Positions 1 through 13,464 of a stretch of DNA of 64,000 nucleotides are shown one piece after another. Within the stretch, counting starts at the first letter, position 1. The number at the start of each line of letters is the position of its first letter. This DNA is from Octopus vulgaris (taxonomy: Eukaryota). Position numbers and translations under genes: made by a program. The notes under the pieces were generated by a model that had not been told where the DNA came from, made no database searches, and worked only from the letters and a program-made list of their open reading frames with translations. The stretch lies in assembly GCA_951406725.2 (NCBI GenBank), contig OX597823.1, positions 106,578,001 through 106,642,000 on the forward strand, given 5' to 3'.

Positions 1-13
1 ATTGGTGACATTA

Positions 14-900
<887 letters not shown>

Positions 901-1200
901 GATATGGGTGATAGAGTAGGTGGTGGTAGGGGTGATGGTAATTGTGTATGTTAACAAAGACACAAAGTGGAATTAGAATCGACTTACAGGACACTAGAAC
1001 GCTACAACCCCACCTCTTCCTCCTCCCCACCACACACACACACACATACATCCCGAACATATACTCCACGCTGGAGGTCACTTCCGTGTCACTGATTATC
1101 CAAATCACTCCAAGACGGTAGAACAGATTCACGAGAGATGCTTATTGGAGTGTTGGTGAGAGATCTTGGGATGCGGTTAGAAGGATAATAGAGAAAAGCC

Positions 1201-1204
<4 letters not shown>

Positions 1205-1242
<38 letters not shown>

Positions 1243-1471
1243 GGAGAAAGAAAGATGAGAAGGAGGGGGGAGATAGAAATTGAAGAGAAGGAGATGTGGG
1301 GGTGATGCAAATAGATGGATTGATTAAAATAAGGAAGAAGTGAGTGTATAAACAATGAGGGTTCGAAAACAACTGTAGAAAGTAATGAGATGGATGTATG
1401 TCTGTATGTATGGATCTATGCGTGGATGTATGTAGGTATATATACATGTATAAACTGTATATATATATATG

Positions 1472-1537
<66 letters not shown>

Positions 1538-1572
1538 CATATATATATACATACATATATATATATACATAT

Positions 1573-1607
<35 letters not shown>

Positions 1608-1644
1608 CACGCGCAGAATGAAGGGGAGTGAGGATGAGAGAGGA

Positions 1645-1718
<74 letters not shown>
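1205..1718. repeat. Compound microsatellite cluster, (TA)n and (GATA)n
   Basis: Direct reading. Confidence 0.95.
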
Positions 1719-2816
1719 CGATAAAGCGAGAGAAGAGGGAAGAAGAGAAAAGCAGTCAAAGAAAGGAGGAAGGTAAAGGAAGAGGGGAGCGAGACAGGTG
1801 GTGAGAAGGAAAGAAAGGGAGAAAGAGAGAGAAAGAGAGAGAGAGTCAATTTATGTGTGTGTTTGTGTGTATGTATATATGTGTGTGTATGTGTGTGTGT
1901 ATATATATGTGTATGTGTTCGCATCTATAGGTAATAAGTTTCAGCTTCTCTATATGTTTGCATAGAGAATTCGGGTGCCAGCATTGCAGTTGTGGTGAAG
2001 AATTTCGTTACTCAGCCACAGCAAATACGTTCTACCGTTGCTTTGGATTCGCTGTAAAATTGAGATAGAAATATAGTGGTGTAAACGCTGCAAAGACATG
2101 GCATCAGTTCTGGAATTTTCCTGATATTTTCATTCGGGAGGTCGACGGTCGTCCTGAACGAGTTTGACCTTCAACCGACAAGTGACCATTCCTAAAGCGT
2201 GAAAAACCACTCGTAAACTTGTTTTGCTCATGGCTTGCGTCCTTGTAAGCTGTTTACGTGGGATGACGTCAGCAGCTGGGGAGCTGACCGGGACTTGGGG
2301 CTGACCGGAAGGAACAGCCATGGCGCGTGCGCAGCGAGCGGGTCATTCTGCCTTTTCGAGTCCGATTGTCGAGGGGTTAAGACGGGTGATCGCGTTGTTA
2401 AGGTTGGGTGAAGCAGCTGCTATCTCTAGCGTTCAGGTCGGGCCGTGTCGAAGGATCCGTTACCGCTGAAGGGTCTCCATCAGAGCGAAGAGAAGGTAGG
2501 GGCCTTTATTTCGAATCTCTCGCACACACCACAGTTTAAAGCATGGAATGTGTTTCGACGACCATTTTCCCCAGCAGAAAACAGAATTTCATGGAAGCAC
2601 GCTGTTCCTTCGGTTTAACAATCGCAAAATTCAACAAACAAGAGAGAAGCATTACAAAACAAAGACGCACCACGTGACAGTACGACTAAACCAGACGACA
2701 CCGATCAGCAGACTGATGTGTAAGGCTCGCATCAAGCGGCCTCTAGAGGCAGAAGCCTGAACTACAACGGGCTTGTCCCACAGAAAACGTTTCCGGTTAC
2801 TTTTGGACACCTTCTC

Positions 2817-2880
<64 letters not shown>

Positions 2881-2882
<2 letters not shown>

Positions 2883-3257
2883 TTTTATTTGTTTCACCCA
2901 TTTGACTACGGTCATGCTGGAGCACCGCCTTTAGTCGAAAAGATTGACCCCAACACTTATTCTTTGTAAGCCTAGTACTTATTCTAATGTTCATTTCTGC
3001 TGAACCGCTAAAGTACGGGGACGTAAGCACACCAACATCGGTTGTCAAGCGATGGTGGGAGGACAGACACGCACACACACATACACACACACATATACGA
3101 CGGGCTTCTTTCAGTTTTCATCTACCAAATCCGCTCACAAGGCTTTGATCGGCTCGTGGCTATTGTAGAAGAAACTTGCCCAAGGTTCCACGCAATGGGA
3201 CTAAACCAGGAGCCATATGGTTGGTAAGCAAGCTACTTACCACACAGCCACTCATGC
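2881..3257 (-). mobile_element. SINE-A (tRNA head + CORE-like segment + internal microsatellite + 3' module)
   Basis: Matches other copies in the window; (TA)n on both sides. Confidence 0.85.
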
Positions 3258-3260
3258 TTC

Positions 3261-3321
<61 letters not shown>

Positions 3322-3473
3322 AATTAAGGACTGAACACGAAAAGTGGACAGTCAACATGCTAGATATAAACGTCAAATCGCCATTCTCCACAAAAAGTCT
3401 ATGTTCTCAGATCAAACTCAACACCAAACCAAAACAATAAACAAGTGAAAAATATACGAAATAAATATTTTAC

Positions 3474-3539
3474 CCATGTACTAAATTCAGTTTCGGCTGT
3501 TATTTTCCGCAAGGAAAAGTGCAGCCATCATCAGCATGG
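3474..3539 (-). ncRNA. Type I hammerhead ribozyme motif (inverted copy of 4006-4071)
   Basis: Reverse complement gives CCAUG CUGAUGA U GGCUG...CAGCC GAAA CUGAAUUUAG UA CAUGG. Confidence 0.85.
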
Positions 3540-4005
3540 TTCCATATAAAATGTAATTTGCTGTACTAAATGCCAACACGATACCGAAATAACGCGTGCA
3601 TGGAGTACGGCCTATTACATTTTAAATATATATTTCAAATGTCTTTATTTTGGCGCGATAGAGACCCGAGAAAACTAGCCTGCAGCTAATAGTTAGCAGC
3701 AGTTAATTTATCGGTTAGAGAACAAATATTTATATAAAATTAAATTAAGTGTAAAAATTGATATTTATCAATTAGAACCAGTGGTCTAGCATATTAAAGA
3801 AAGAATCCGAAGATTAAAATATTTATATATACCAATTAAGGACTGAACACGAAAAGTGGACAGTCAACATCTGTTCTCGGGTCTCATCGCGCCAAAATAA
3901 AGACATTTGAAATATATATTTAAAATGTAATAGGCCGTACTCCATGCACGCGTTATTTCGGTATCGTGTTGACATTTAGTACAGCAAATTACATTTTATA
4001 TGGAA

Positions 4006-4071
4006 CCATGCTGATGATGGCTGCACTTTTCCTTGCGGAAAATAACAGCCGAAACTGAATTTAGTACATGG
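4006..4071 (+). ncRNA. Type I hammerhead ribozyme motif
   Basis: Stem I CCATG/CATGG; core CTGATGA (4011-4017) + T; stem II GGCTG/CAGCC extended by TTTTCC/GGAAAA; GAAA 4051-4054; stem III CTG-AATT-TAG; predicted GUA cleavage after 4066. Confidence 0.85.
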
Positions 4072-4310
4072 GTAAATATTTATTTCGTATATTTTTCACT
4101 TGTTTATTGTTTTGGTTTGGTGTTGAGTTTGATCTGAGAACATAGACTTTTTGTGGAGAATGGCGATTTGACGTCTATATCTAGCATGTTGACTGTCCAC
4201 TTTTCGTGTTCAGTCCTTAATTGGTATATATAAATATTTTAATCTTTGGATTCTTTCTTTAATATGCTAGACCACTGGTTCTAATTGATAAATATCAATT
4301 TTTACCCTTA

Positions 4311-4385
<75 letters not shown>

Positions 4386-4495
4386 CAATAAAAAAAGGGT
4401 AAAACTAATTAACTATTAATTAATTTTACCAAGTAGTGTTCAGTAAGTAAAAAGACCATTTACGGTATATTTGAAACATTACGTTATAAAAATAG

Positions 4496-4735
4496 GGTTC
4501 AGTAAAATAATTTACTTTACCACACACCGAACTTTTTAGAAATAGCAGCCAAAAATCTTAGCTATTTCTTCTACTGTAAGAAAAATCTCCCGGACAATGC
4601 ATACTCAAAAATAACTCTGTTTTTGAGTAAGCGTTGTCTGGGAGATTTTTCTTACAGTAGAAGAAATAGCTAAGATTTTTGGCTGCTATTTCTAAAAAGT
4701 TCGGTGTGTGGTAAAGTAAATTATTTTACTGAACC
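4496..4735. repeat. Near-perfect palindrome, ~116-bp arms, 8-bp spacer (pLTR-like repeat extending left to ~4383)
   Basis: 4496-4611 is the reverse complement of 4620-4735. Confidence 0.9.
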
Positions 4736-4743
4736 ACCAAGCT

Positions 4744-5158
4744 TGAATTTTGGACACCTCGTGAGATCGGGATAAAAGACAAAACCCTTTAAAGAGAGGC
4801 TGAACCCATGAGATTCAGCAGCCATCCAGCTGTGTACAAATATCCTTCTTTCAAATTCTGGATGACTTGCAGGTATTCATTGGTAAGAAACGTCTAAAAG
4901 AGGTTATTCTGAAATCAAACTTGCAATTCAGGTAACTGGATTCCAGTTAGTGATACAGAGAGAGTGGGATTCGTGTTGTACAAGCATATGTCACTTGAAT
5001 CCAATGACGCACAGATGTTTCATTCAATCTGGTCCATCTTGTCTCTCAATCAAAGTGCAGTGGTGATGGATGGCGGCGACAAGTCATCTCAGAGCACACA
5101 GATACGATGGAGATTACTGGGATTATGTAAATTGATTGAGATGGCTATCATCTGTCAA
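4744..5158. repeat. Unclassified interspersed repeat, diverged paralogue of 8600-9075
   Basis: Shared collinear blocks (ttgtacaagc, tccaatgacg-acagatg, ctcagagcacacag, ggctatcatctgtcaa). Confidence 0.7.
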
Positions 5159-5187
5159 GAAGCGATCATATATATATATATATATAT

Positions 5188-5269
<82 letters not shown>

Positions 5270-6007
5270 CATATATATATATATATATATATGATGTGTG
5301 GATATGCTTATGTGTATGTGTGTGTATATACACACTATATTTCGTTCTCGACATTTCTACTTCAGGTATCAAAACAAAATTCTTAAAAACTCCGCTTTTG
5401 TAGATATATTTCTATGACCACTTACTTGATTAGCAATACATGAGGCTCGATTTCAACTCTGAAGTCACATGCGTGACTGAAACATTCTTTAATCTTTCCT
5501 ACTGTTTATCTACAGGAAGTTCTATCTTCTAAGTCTTTTAGTCCGTTGCATTGACCCTAGTATATATTTCAGTATCGTATTTATGTTATTAATATAGCTA
5601 TTGGGTAGATATGTAATAATGTATGGGACTCAACCGGTTTTTGTACGTGCACGAGCGCAAGTGTGTGAGTGTTTATGAACATGTGTGTCTGTGCGCCTGT
5701 GTGTCTGTGCGCCTGTGCATATTTTTATCACGTGTGTGTTTAACTAAATTGCAGAAGGCCTGCAAAGGCCAAGTGTCCTATCCTTTACTCTAGACAAAGG
5801 TAGTAAGAAAAACTGATGTTTTGTCAAATGGCGAAACGTTAATGGTTTAGCTAAATAACGATAAAATTTGTAGCAGGTTGGGTCGATATGATCGAGTAAG
5901 AATAACCGAAATAATATTAAGCTATTAAAACGTATATTCAGAGAGACAGACAGACATAGTGAGGGAGAGAGAGAAAGAAGGAAAGAGGGATAATTGTCTG
6001 TTGTATA

Positions 6008-6240
6008 AGGCAGCGAGCTGGCAGAATCGTTAGCACGCCGGACGAAATGCTTAGCGGTATTTCGTCTGCCGTTACGTTCTGCGTTCAGATTCCGCCGAGG
6101 TCGACTTTGCCTTTCATCCTTTCGGGGTCGATTAAATAAGTACAAGTTACGCACTGGGGTCGATGTAATCGGCTTAATCCGTGTGTCTGTCCTTGTTTGT
6201 CCCTTCTGTGTTTAGCCCCTTGTGGGCAATAAAGAAATAA
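6008..6240 (+). mobile_element. SINE-B full length (tRNA-like head, gcctttcatcctttcggggtcga domain, aaagaaata tail)
   Basis: A-box-like TGGCAGAATCG, degenerate B-box-like GTTCAGATTC; many copies in window. Confidence 0.85.
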
Positions 6241-6295
6241 AAATATTAAGCAATTAATTTGCTCACATATTACGAGGAATACACGGATCAGCTAA

Positions 6296-6330
<35 letters not shown>

Positions 6331-7190
6331 GAGATTCGGTCACACACGTAATCATCTTCAGAGATGAGTTTAAGCTTAGTAAACATAGAAATAAACCTAT
6401 TGATGTTATGTTTTTAAGGAATTTTCTTTTCTAACTTGAGTTGAACCGTCGAAACAAAATGTAGTTTGAATTTGGAAATGATTGTTGTAATATTATGAGA
6501 TGTGATTATAACTTAAACAGATGGAGAGGATGCTGCTTTTATTTATCTAATTACTTATTTGCGTGTGTGTATGTATATACAATTTTTTTTTATTTGTGTT
6601 TATTATATATTTATTTATATATTTTAATTAATCTAGTTATTTCTGCACTTTGCTAGAATTGATTTTTTTAAATTAATTTTTCTATACATTATTTATTATC
6701 CAGTAGATATTTTCCTTTTATTTTTTCTTTGTTTCTTATTTTGTGCATGTATATTTTAAATGGACTTATTGAATATTTCTAATGTCTTATCGTTGCTGAT
6801 TAATTAAATTTGCTTATTTCTATAGGTTATTAAAATTTTGATATATTTTATTTATTGGATGTATTATTTGAGCTTTTGTGCATATATGATGTGTAAATGG
6901 ATTTATTGAATAGCGCTATAGACTCGTAGCAGAAGTAATTATTAGTTTATTGAAGCTTTTGTGTATAAAAAGAAGGGATTCCGCTATATTTCCTTCTCTG
7001 TCGTTAATTTCAATGTTTGTTCCAGTATTTTGACCAAAATATTTTCTATCTCGTTTTTATTTTGCCTCGTTATGCGGAAGTCTAAAAACGATGATCTTTT
7101 GGCTCTAGCTGTGTCTTGCTTGAGCCTGGTCAGACATGTTGAAACAGGGTCATGATTGCCTGGCCAGTATATTAATTATTTATGTATGCG

Positions 7191-7292
<102 letters not shown>

Positions 7293-7293
7293 C

Positions 7294-7349
<56 letters not shown>

Positions 7350-7420
7350 TTATCTATTTACATCTCGCAAGCTAGCTCTCACTTCATTCACAATCAGTGA
7401 CTGATAGTTTTCATATATTT

Positions 7421-7763
7421 TTTTGGTTTCAGTCATTTTGGCTTTTAGAAGAACAACTCGACTCCCAGGACTTATTCTTTGTAAGCCTAGTGCCTATTCT
7501 ATCAATCTCTTTTGCCGAACAGCTAAGTTACGGGTACGTAAACACACCAACGTCGGTTTTTTAATGGTGGTGGGGGCGGGGACAAACGTAGACACAAACA
7601 TATACATATATACAAGACGAGCTTCTTTCAGTTTCCGTCTACCAAATCCACTCACAAGGCTTTGGTCGGCCCGAGGCTATAGTAGAAGACACTTGCCCAA
7701 GGTGCCACGTAGTGAGACTGAACCCAGAATCATGTGGTTGGTAAGCAACCTACTTACCACACA
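7421..7763 (-). mobile_element. SINE-A
   Basis: Similarity to other copies. Confidence 0.85.
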
Positions 7764-7831
7764 CCCACTCACCGCCATAGGATCCATAAATCAAAAAAAC
7801 ATGCACTCGTATATTTGTCAGTAGAGTGAGT

Positions 7832-8009
7832 ATATTAATCGAAGTGTACATGTCTACAGTATTATATATCGATTACTGCCGATCTTACCGATCAGTTTCG
7901 CACTAGGAGTTCAACAGTGTTAAGTAACAGTCCGTTGAACCCCCAATGTGAAACCGATCCGTAAGATCGGCAGTAATCGATATATAATACTGTACACTCC
8001 GATTAATAT
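7832..8009. repeat. Imperfect palindrome (~80-bp arms, 18-bp spacer) with HHR-like remnants
   Basis: 7832-7915 is the reverse complement of 7934-8009. Confidence 0.85.
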
Positions 8010-8040
8010 GTATGCATATATATATATATGTATATATATA

Positions 8041-8262
8041 GTGGAGGCGCGTGGCTTAGTGATTAGGTGTCAACTTCATGATCATAAGATTGTGGTTTCG
8101 ATTCCTGGACCGGGCGACGCATTGTGTTCTTGAGCAAAACACTTCATTTCACGTTGCTCCAGTCCACTCAGTTGGCAAAAATGAGTAACGCTGCGATGGA
8201 CTGGCGCCATAGAAACCGGGAAACCGGTCCCATGAGCCTCGCTGGGCTTTAAAAAGGGCGCA
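8041..8262 (+). mobile_element. Third tRNA-derived CORE-type SINE (SINE-C)
   Basis: A-box TGGCTTAGTG, B-box-like GTTTCGATTCC, CORE-like ttgtgttcttgagcaaaacactt; degenerate relatives near 47450-47520 and 61400-61480. Confidence 0.7.
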
Positions 8263-8315
8263 TTTATATATATATATATAAATGGCGTATGTGTTCCCCA
8301 GCTGGAACACATAAG

Positions 8316-8349
<34 letters not shown>

Positions 8350-8425
8350 TGTATGTATGTATGTATGTATGTATGTATGTATACATTTATATGTATGAAT
8401 GTATGAATGATAGCATGTATAAAAG

Positions 8426-8472
<47 letters not shown>

Positions 8473-8599
8473 TGTGTCAGGTCAAGGTCACACAAATTAC
8501 ATGCTACTGATGACATGCATCCTAGTGTACCCTATTTCGTGAACGGGTCGTCGGCTACTAAACTGGCACCCCCCACTAAGCCTGCTTGGTGACGAAGGG

Positions 8600-9075
8600 G
8601 AATTTTAGGCACCCTGCAGGATCAAAAAGTAAAGAAAACTCGTTAAAGGAAAGATGAACTTAAAAGAGTCAACAACCATCCAATTGTGTAGAAACGTTTC
8701 TTTCGAATCCCTTCTTACTTGTAGCTATCGTTTGTTTGAAAACGACTAAGAGAAGGTAATTCGAAATAACCAGGTCTGCAGCTGATGCGGCTACCAGCCA
8801 TCTTATAACGCTTGTCACTGAATTTCAGTTGCTGATACTTGGAGGATGGCATTCGTATTGTACAAGCGTATTTCCCTTTATTCCAATGACGTACAGATGT
8901 CTCATTCCATCTGCTTCATCTTGTCGTTCTATTGAAGTCCTGTAGCGATCTAGGAGTACCGACGTGTGCAGACTTAACCAGCTGGAAACGCACAATCGCG
9001 GACCTCTCAGAGCACACAGCATAATGGAGATTATCGGGATGAAATAGATTAAATGAGACGGCTATCATCTGTCAA
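8600..9075. repeat. Unclassified interspersed repeat, paralogue of 4744-5158
   Basis: Shared collinear blocks. Confidence 0.7.
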
Positions 9076-9105
9076 CTCGAAACAATTAACATGTGTGTAT
9101 GCCTA

Positions 9106-9179
<74 letters not shown>

Positions 9180-9674
9180 GTGTGTGTGTGTAATTATGTA
9201 TGTATATGTATGTATGTGCGCATGTGTATAAGCATTCACCACTGTGCGTATCAACGCATATATATTATATATCTATGTGTATCCTGAATACTTTATACTG
9301 CTTATGACGTTGTTTGACCGACTTCGTTGTTGAGCTGGAAACAGCGTTAAAATCTCTTTTAGTCACGACTAGAATACATTTGATTGATGATATGAAAATT
9401 TGTTCATAGATGACCTACATATGCTCAACAGCAATAGCAGCGTGAAAAACACAGATTCTTTAATGCTTCCTTTGTTAACTTTTTAGTCAGCATATTAACA
9501 TAGTAGCAAAACATAACTTTGTCTGAAAGAGTATTGTAGAATTTTGTTTGGTTTTCACACGAGAACATGACAAAAACTGGCTTTAGCTGGGATTTAATCA
9601 GAAACAAAACTTCGAATTCTTTATCCTCGAAGTTTCATCATCAATATGTTACAATGTTACAATGTTACAATGAT

Positions 9675-9741
<67 letters not shown>

Positions 9742-9777
9742 ATATGTATATAATGTTATGATATTATGTGTGCGTGT

Positions 9778-10362
9778 ACTAGCTGAATAGCCCGTCGTTG
9801 CCGGGTAGTTTTTACAAAATATTGTCTTATATAAATTTTTGTTTACTCCACGTCAGGCCATGCCTTCTCCGAGAGGTAGGCCTCTTGATTAGGGTAGATT
9901 TGTGCAATGTTTCGCCAAGAAACTTCGTTGAGTATTTTTTCCTTTTTTAATTATTTACAAGTTTGTTCGACCGTTTCACATGACTTTATTCATTAAAACT
10001 TATTAAAACTCCAGAAGTTCTTACAATTGAGGTCATCGTAATGCTTTGCTTTCATTTGTTTAATAAGAATTCCTCCTCGTATAATGATTTTGCTTTCATT
10101 TTGTGACAGACAGCTATCATGCAGAAAATACCAGCTTCCTAATCCTGTGTTCTGAATAGGTAAAATTGATTAAAGTTTAAACCTCAGTAACATTTTTCTG
10201 CACTATTCCTGGAACAAATAAATAACAAAATCGGATTTACCCTGGAAAAATTATTTCAATATACTAAATTTGAAAATTTTGACGTAATTATAAAATTTCA
10301 CAATATATGACTGCAACAGAGAAGACCCTACAAAAGTAGAGACACGGGTGGTTATAAGACTT

Positions 10363-10405
<43 letters not shown>

Positions 10406-10858
10406 TTACAAAAGTACACAGGTAATCACCAGTTTAAAAGGATGTATAGTAGACATACGTATATATGTATATATATGCATGTATGTGTGCGTGCATCTAT
10501 CTATATATTGACGAATGTATGCAGCGTCGTGTGAATACCCGGGAATGAGAGTTGCATTAACGTTATAATCCCACTGCCACTCCATATTTGTGTTTACAAA
10601 ACTTTGTTCCTCTTCCCTGATATCACCCACACTTAGTAAGCCACAACATTTTCCTCACATTATAAATGTAATTTACACTCTTCTCACTCTATAAAATAAT
10701 ATCCCAACCCATCTAGGAGGCCGATTTTTATTAAAATCCAATTAGCCTTTGATTCAACTTGATTTTAGCTTAACATGTATGCAAAGTTTCGTCAAGATTG
10801 GTCCAGTGGTGTAGGCAGTAAGAGAGTAACAGACAGACAGAAATTGCCATTTATATAT
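9778..10858 (+). mobile_element. Non-autonomous Helitron-like (Lep1/HINE-type) element
   Basis: 5' ACTAGCTG...CCCG-tcgttgc-CGGG hairpin; 3' gcaaagtttcgtcaagattggtccagtggt...gtaacagacagacaga...catttatat, resembling Lep1/HINE termini. Confidence 0.55.
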
Positions 10859-11451
10859 TTATATATATATGCGTGTGTGTGTGTGTGTATCTATGTGTGT
10901 GTGTGTGTTTATGCGTGTGTATGATTCCGACTACTACCTTCACAAAGACTAAACGGTCATATCCTGTCTCTTCATAAGCTCGTCCCCTTAAACGTTCAGA
11001 ATGCTTTTTCCATCGCCTTGACTTAACAACCCTCATCGTTTGTTTTTACTGTTTTGTTCCCAATGTCCTGTTCTCGTTACCACTTTCACCCTCCGCAAAA
11101 AATCCCAAATTTTATTTAATTTGCTTTGCGGGAAGGGCTATTTCAACGAAGTCACGTCTTGTCCTTACCTTCGAAAAACGTGGAGTAGATGAAACAGGGA
11201 CAACTGAAGAAGAGGAATATTCTTTATGTTGTATGTCTCGTTTCTCTGGGGGTTTTTTTCGCTGTTTGAAAAAAGTTTGTTTCTATGTTTTTGTTTTTAT
11301 GTTTTCGTTTCTCATTGTGTTCAACGTTTATTTTATGTCCTGTACCCATATATGCAAGTATATATACATATATATGTAGGTATGTACATATATATATGTA
11401 TATATGCATATATTTACATATTATGTTATTATGTATATATACATATAGATA

Positions 11452-11592
11452 AACGATTGGTTTCTTTCAGTCTACCAAATCCACTTACAAGGCTTTTGTC
11501 GACCAGAGGCTATGGTAGAAGATACTTGCCCAAGGTGTCATGTAGTGGGATTGAATCCAGAGCCATGTGGTAGAGAAACAAACTTCTTACCA
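11452..11592 (-). mobile_element. SINE-A 5' half, diverged
   Basis: Similarity to other copies. Confidence 0.75.
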
Positions 11593-11632
11593 GGGATTGT
11601 TATGCCAGTCAAATGGACGCCCACTATCTAGT

Positions 11633-11663
<31 letters not shown>

Positions 11664-12811
11664 GTTTCGATGAGGAGGATTTAGTTGTTCAGTGAAGCTG
11701 AATTACCTACTCTTGTTATTAGCCTGTTAGTAGCTGATTATTCTACAGACACAAGTACCTTTAATTTGGATGACGCAATATGTGACAAAGCTGTAGCTTT
11801 TATACAGTTCCGGCTACCCAATTTTACTCACAATGAATGGGTCGTCTGATGATGTAGAAAATTATATTTTCTCCAAATTATAGTTCCGAAGCGAACATCT
11901 TGACCATTTGGCCATTACATGACTGCAAAACATGTTTGGGACTTATTTCATCCACCCTGAAAAAATTAATACGATATTGGAGATATGATCGCAGAAAATA
12001 AAGGGGTGCCAAAAAAAAAAAAAAACCTAGCAAAGTAGTTTAAAATGAAACAGGAAGGGGGTAATATAAAAATCCGAGGGCGAATTCGAACTACTTGCAG
12101 TCCTGTCATCATTTTTTTTTTCTTAATCTTTGCATCTTAACAATATGTCCGATACCTAAAACTTTAAAGAGGCGGAAACATGGATGAAGTGACGTTCATT
12201 CCATTTTCCTATCACAATTAATTAATAAAGAGTAATTAAACGAAGAATATTAGAAGTAGTGTAAAAAAATAAAAATGAAAGAGAACAGGATAATCTCTCT
12301 ACACAAAAGATTTAGTGAGCTCACCGCTGGTAAATACCCGGATGTGATGAAAGCTAAATGAAGAAGGAGAAAAATGAATAGGAGAAAGGAGGTGCGTTGT
12401 GAATACCCCTCTTCCCCTATTATTGGACAAAGTAGGATAAAAATATAGGGACAAAAAATTACATTTATATTCAATCACATCTGTCTGTACGTCCACTTCC
12501 TGGTCAAAAATACTTTCATGTCACTTCCTTCATTTAAACCTTTACTCCTCCTACCACCACCACCACCACCACCACCACCAACACCACCACCACCACCATC
12601 ACCACCACCACCAACAACAACAACAACCCACGTTATATCCACCCGAAACAACGACTAACTTCACACAGCTTCTATTGTCTGTCACCCTGCCACCCCGTCA
12701 CACTAACCCTCTGTTCCTCACACTCTCTCACTCATTCTCCTTCTCTGTCTCTTTCCATCATATGTGTTTGCATGTGTGTGTGTGTGTGCATGTGTATGTA
12801 AGTGTGTGTCC

Positions 12812-12857
<46 letters not shown>

Positions 12858-12946
12858 ACACACACATACGCACACACACTAAAACACACACATATAAGTA
12901 TTTGTGTATATCTTTCTACTTACCTATCGTCACACGCAACACACAC

Positions 12947-12986
<40 letters not shown>

Positions 12987-13171
12987 TTTGTATGTGGTGT
13001 ATGTGTTTACCTGTGCGTGCGCACGTTATGTGATAACATAGATTACAATACAGACCGCAGGTAAATTCTGACAGGCAGGTGAATAGGTTTGTAGGCAAAA
13101 AGCTTGATGGGTATGAGTATGCGTGAGCGTGTCTGTATGTGTATGCTATTACACACATACATTCACGCGTA

Positions 13172-13239
<68 letters not shown>

Positions 13240-13416
13240 CACATGTATTTGTTATTGTTTATTTTCATTCTCGTTGGTATAATTCATGTGGGTGCACGTG
13301 TTTGAATGTATATATATATATATGAGTGTGTGGTGTGCGCGTGCGTGTGTGTGCAGGTGTGTGTGTGTGTGTGTGTATTTATGTATGTGTGTATGTACAT
13401 ACATATCTGTATATAT

Positions 13417-13464
<48 letters not shown>

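Larger units (their letters stand above)
3319..4316. mobile_element. Inverted, hammerhead-bearing Penelope pLTR-like / retrozyme-like element
   Basis: 3319-3672 is the reverse complement of 3874-4225; ~3735-3830 is the reverse complement of 4226-4316; 3831-3870 directly repeats 3319-3358; one HHR per arm; (TA)n at both outer ends. Confidence 0.8.

Noticed and set aside
8505-8555. CTGATGA as a hammerhead core
   Set aside because: No GAAA after a stem II and no stem I partner
11195-11245. CTGAAGA with GACA/TGTC flanks as a hammerhead
   Set aside because: The GAAA segment is absent (TATG instead); at most a decayed pLTR-like repeat
11838-11910. CTGATGA followed by an agaaaat/attttct hairpin
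   Set aside because: Second core segment and cleavage triplet are not in a workable register
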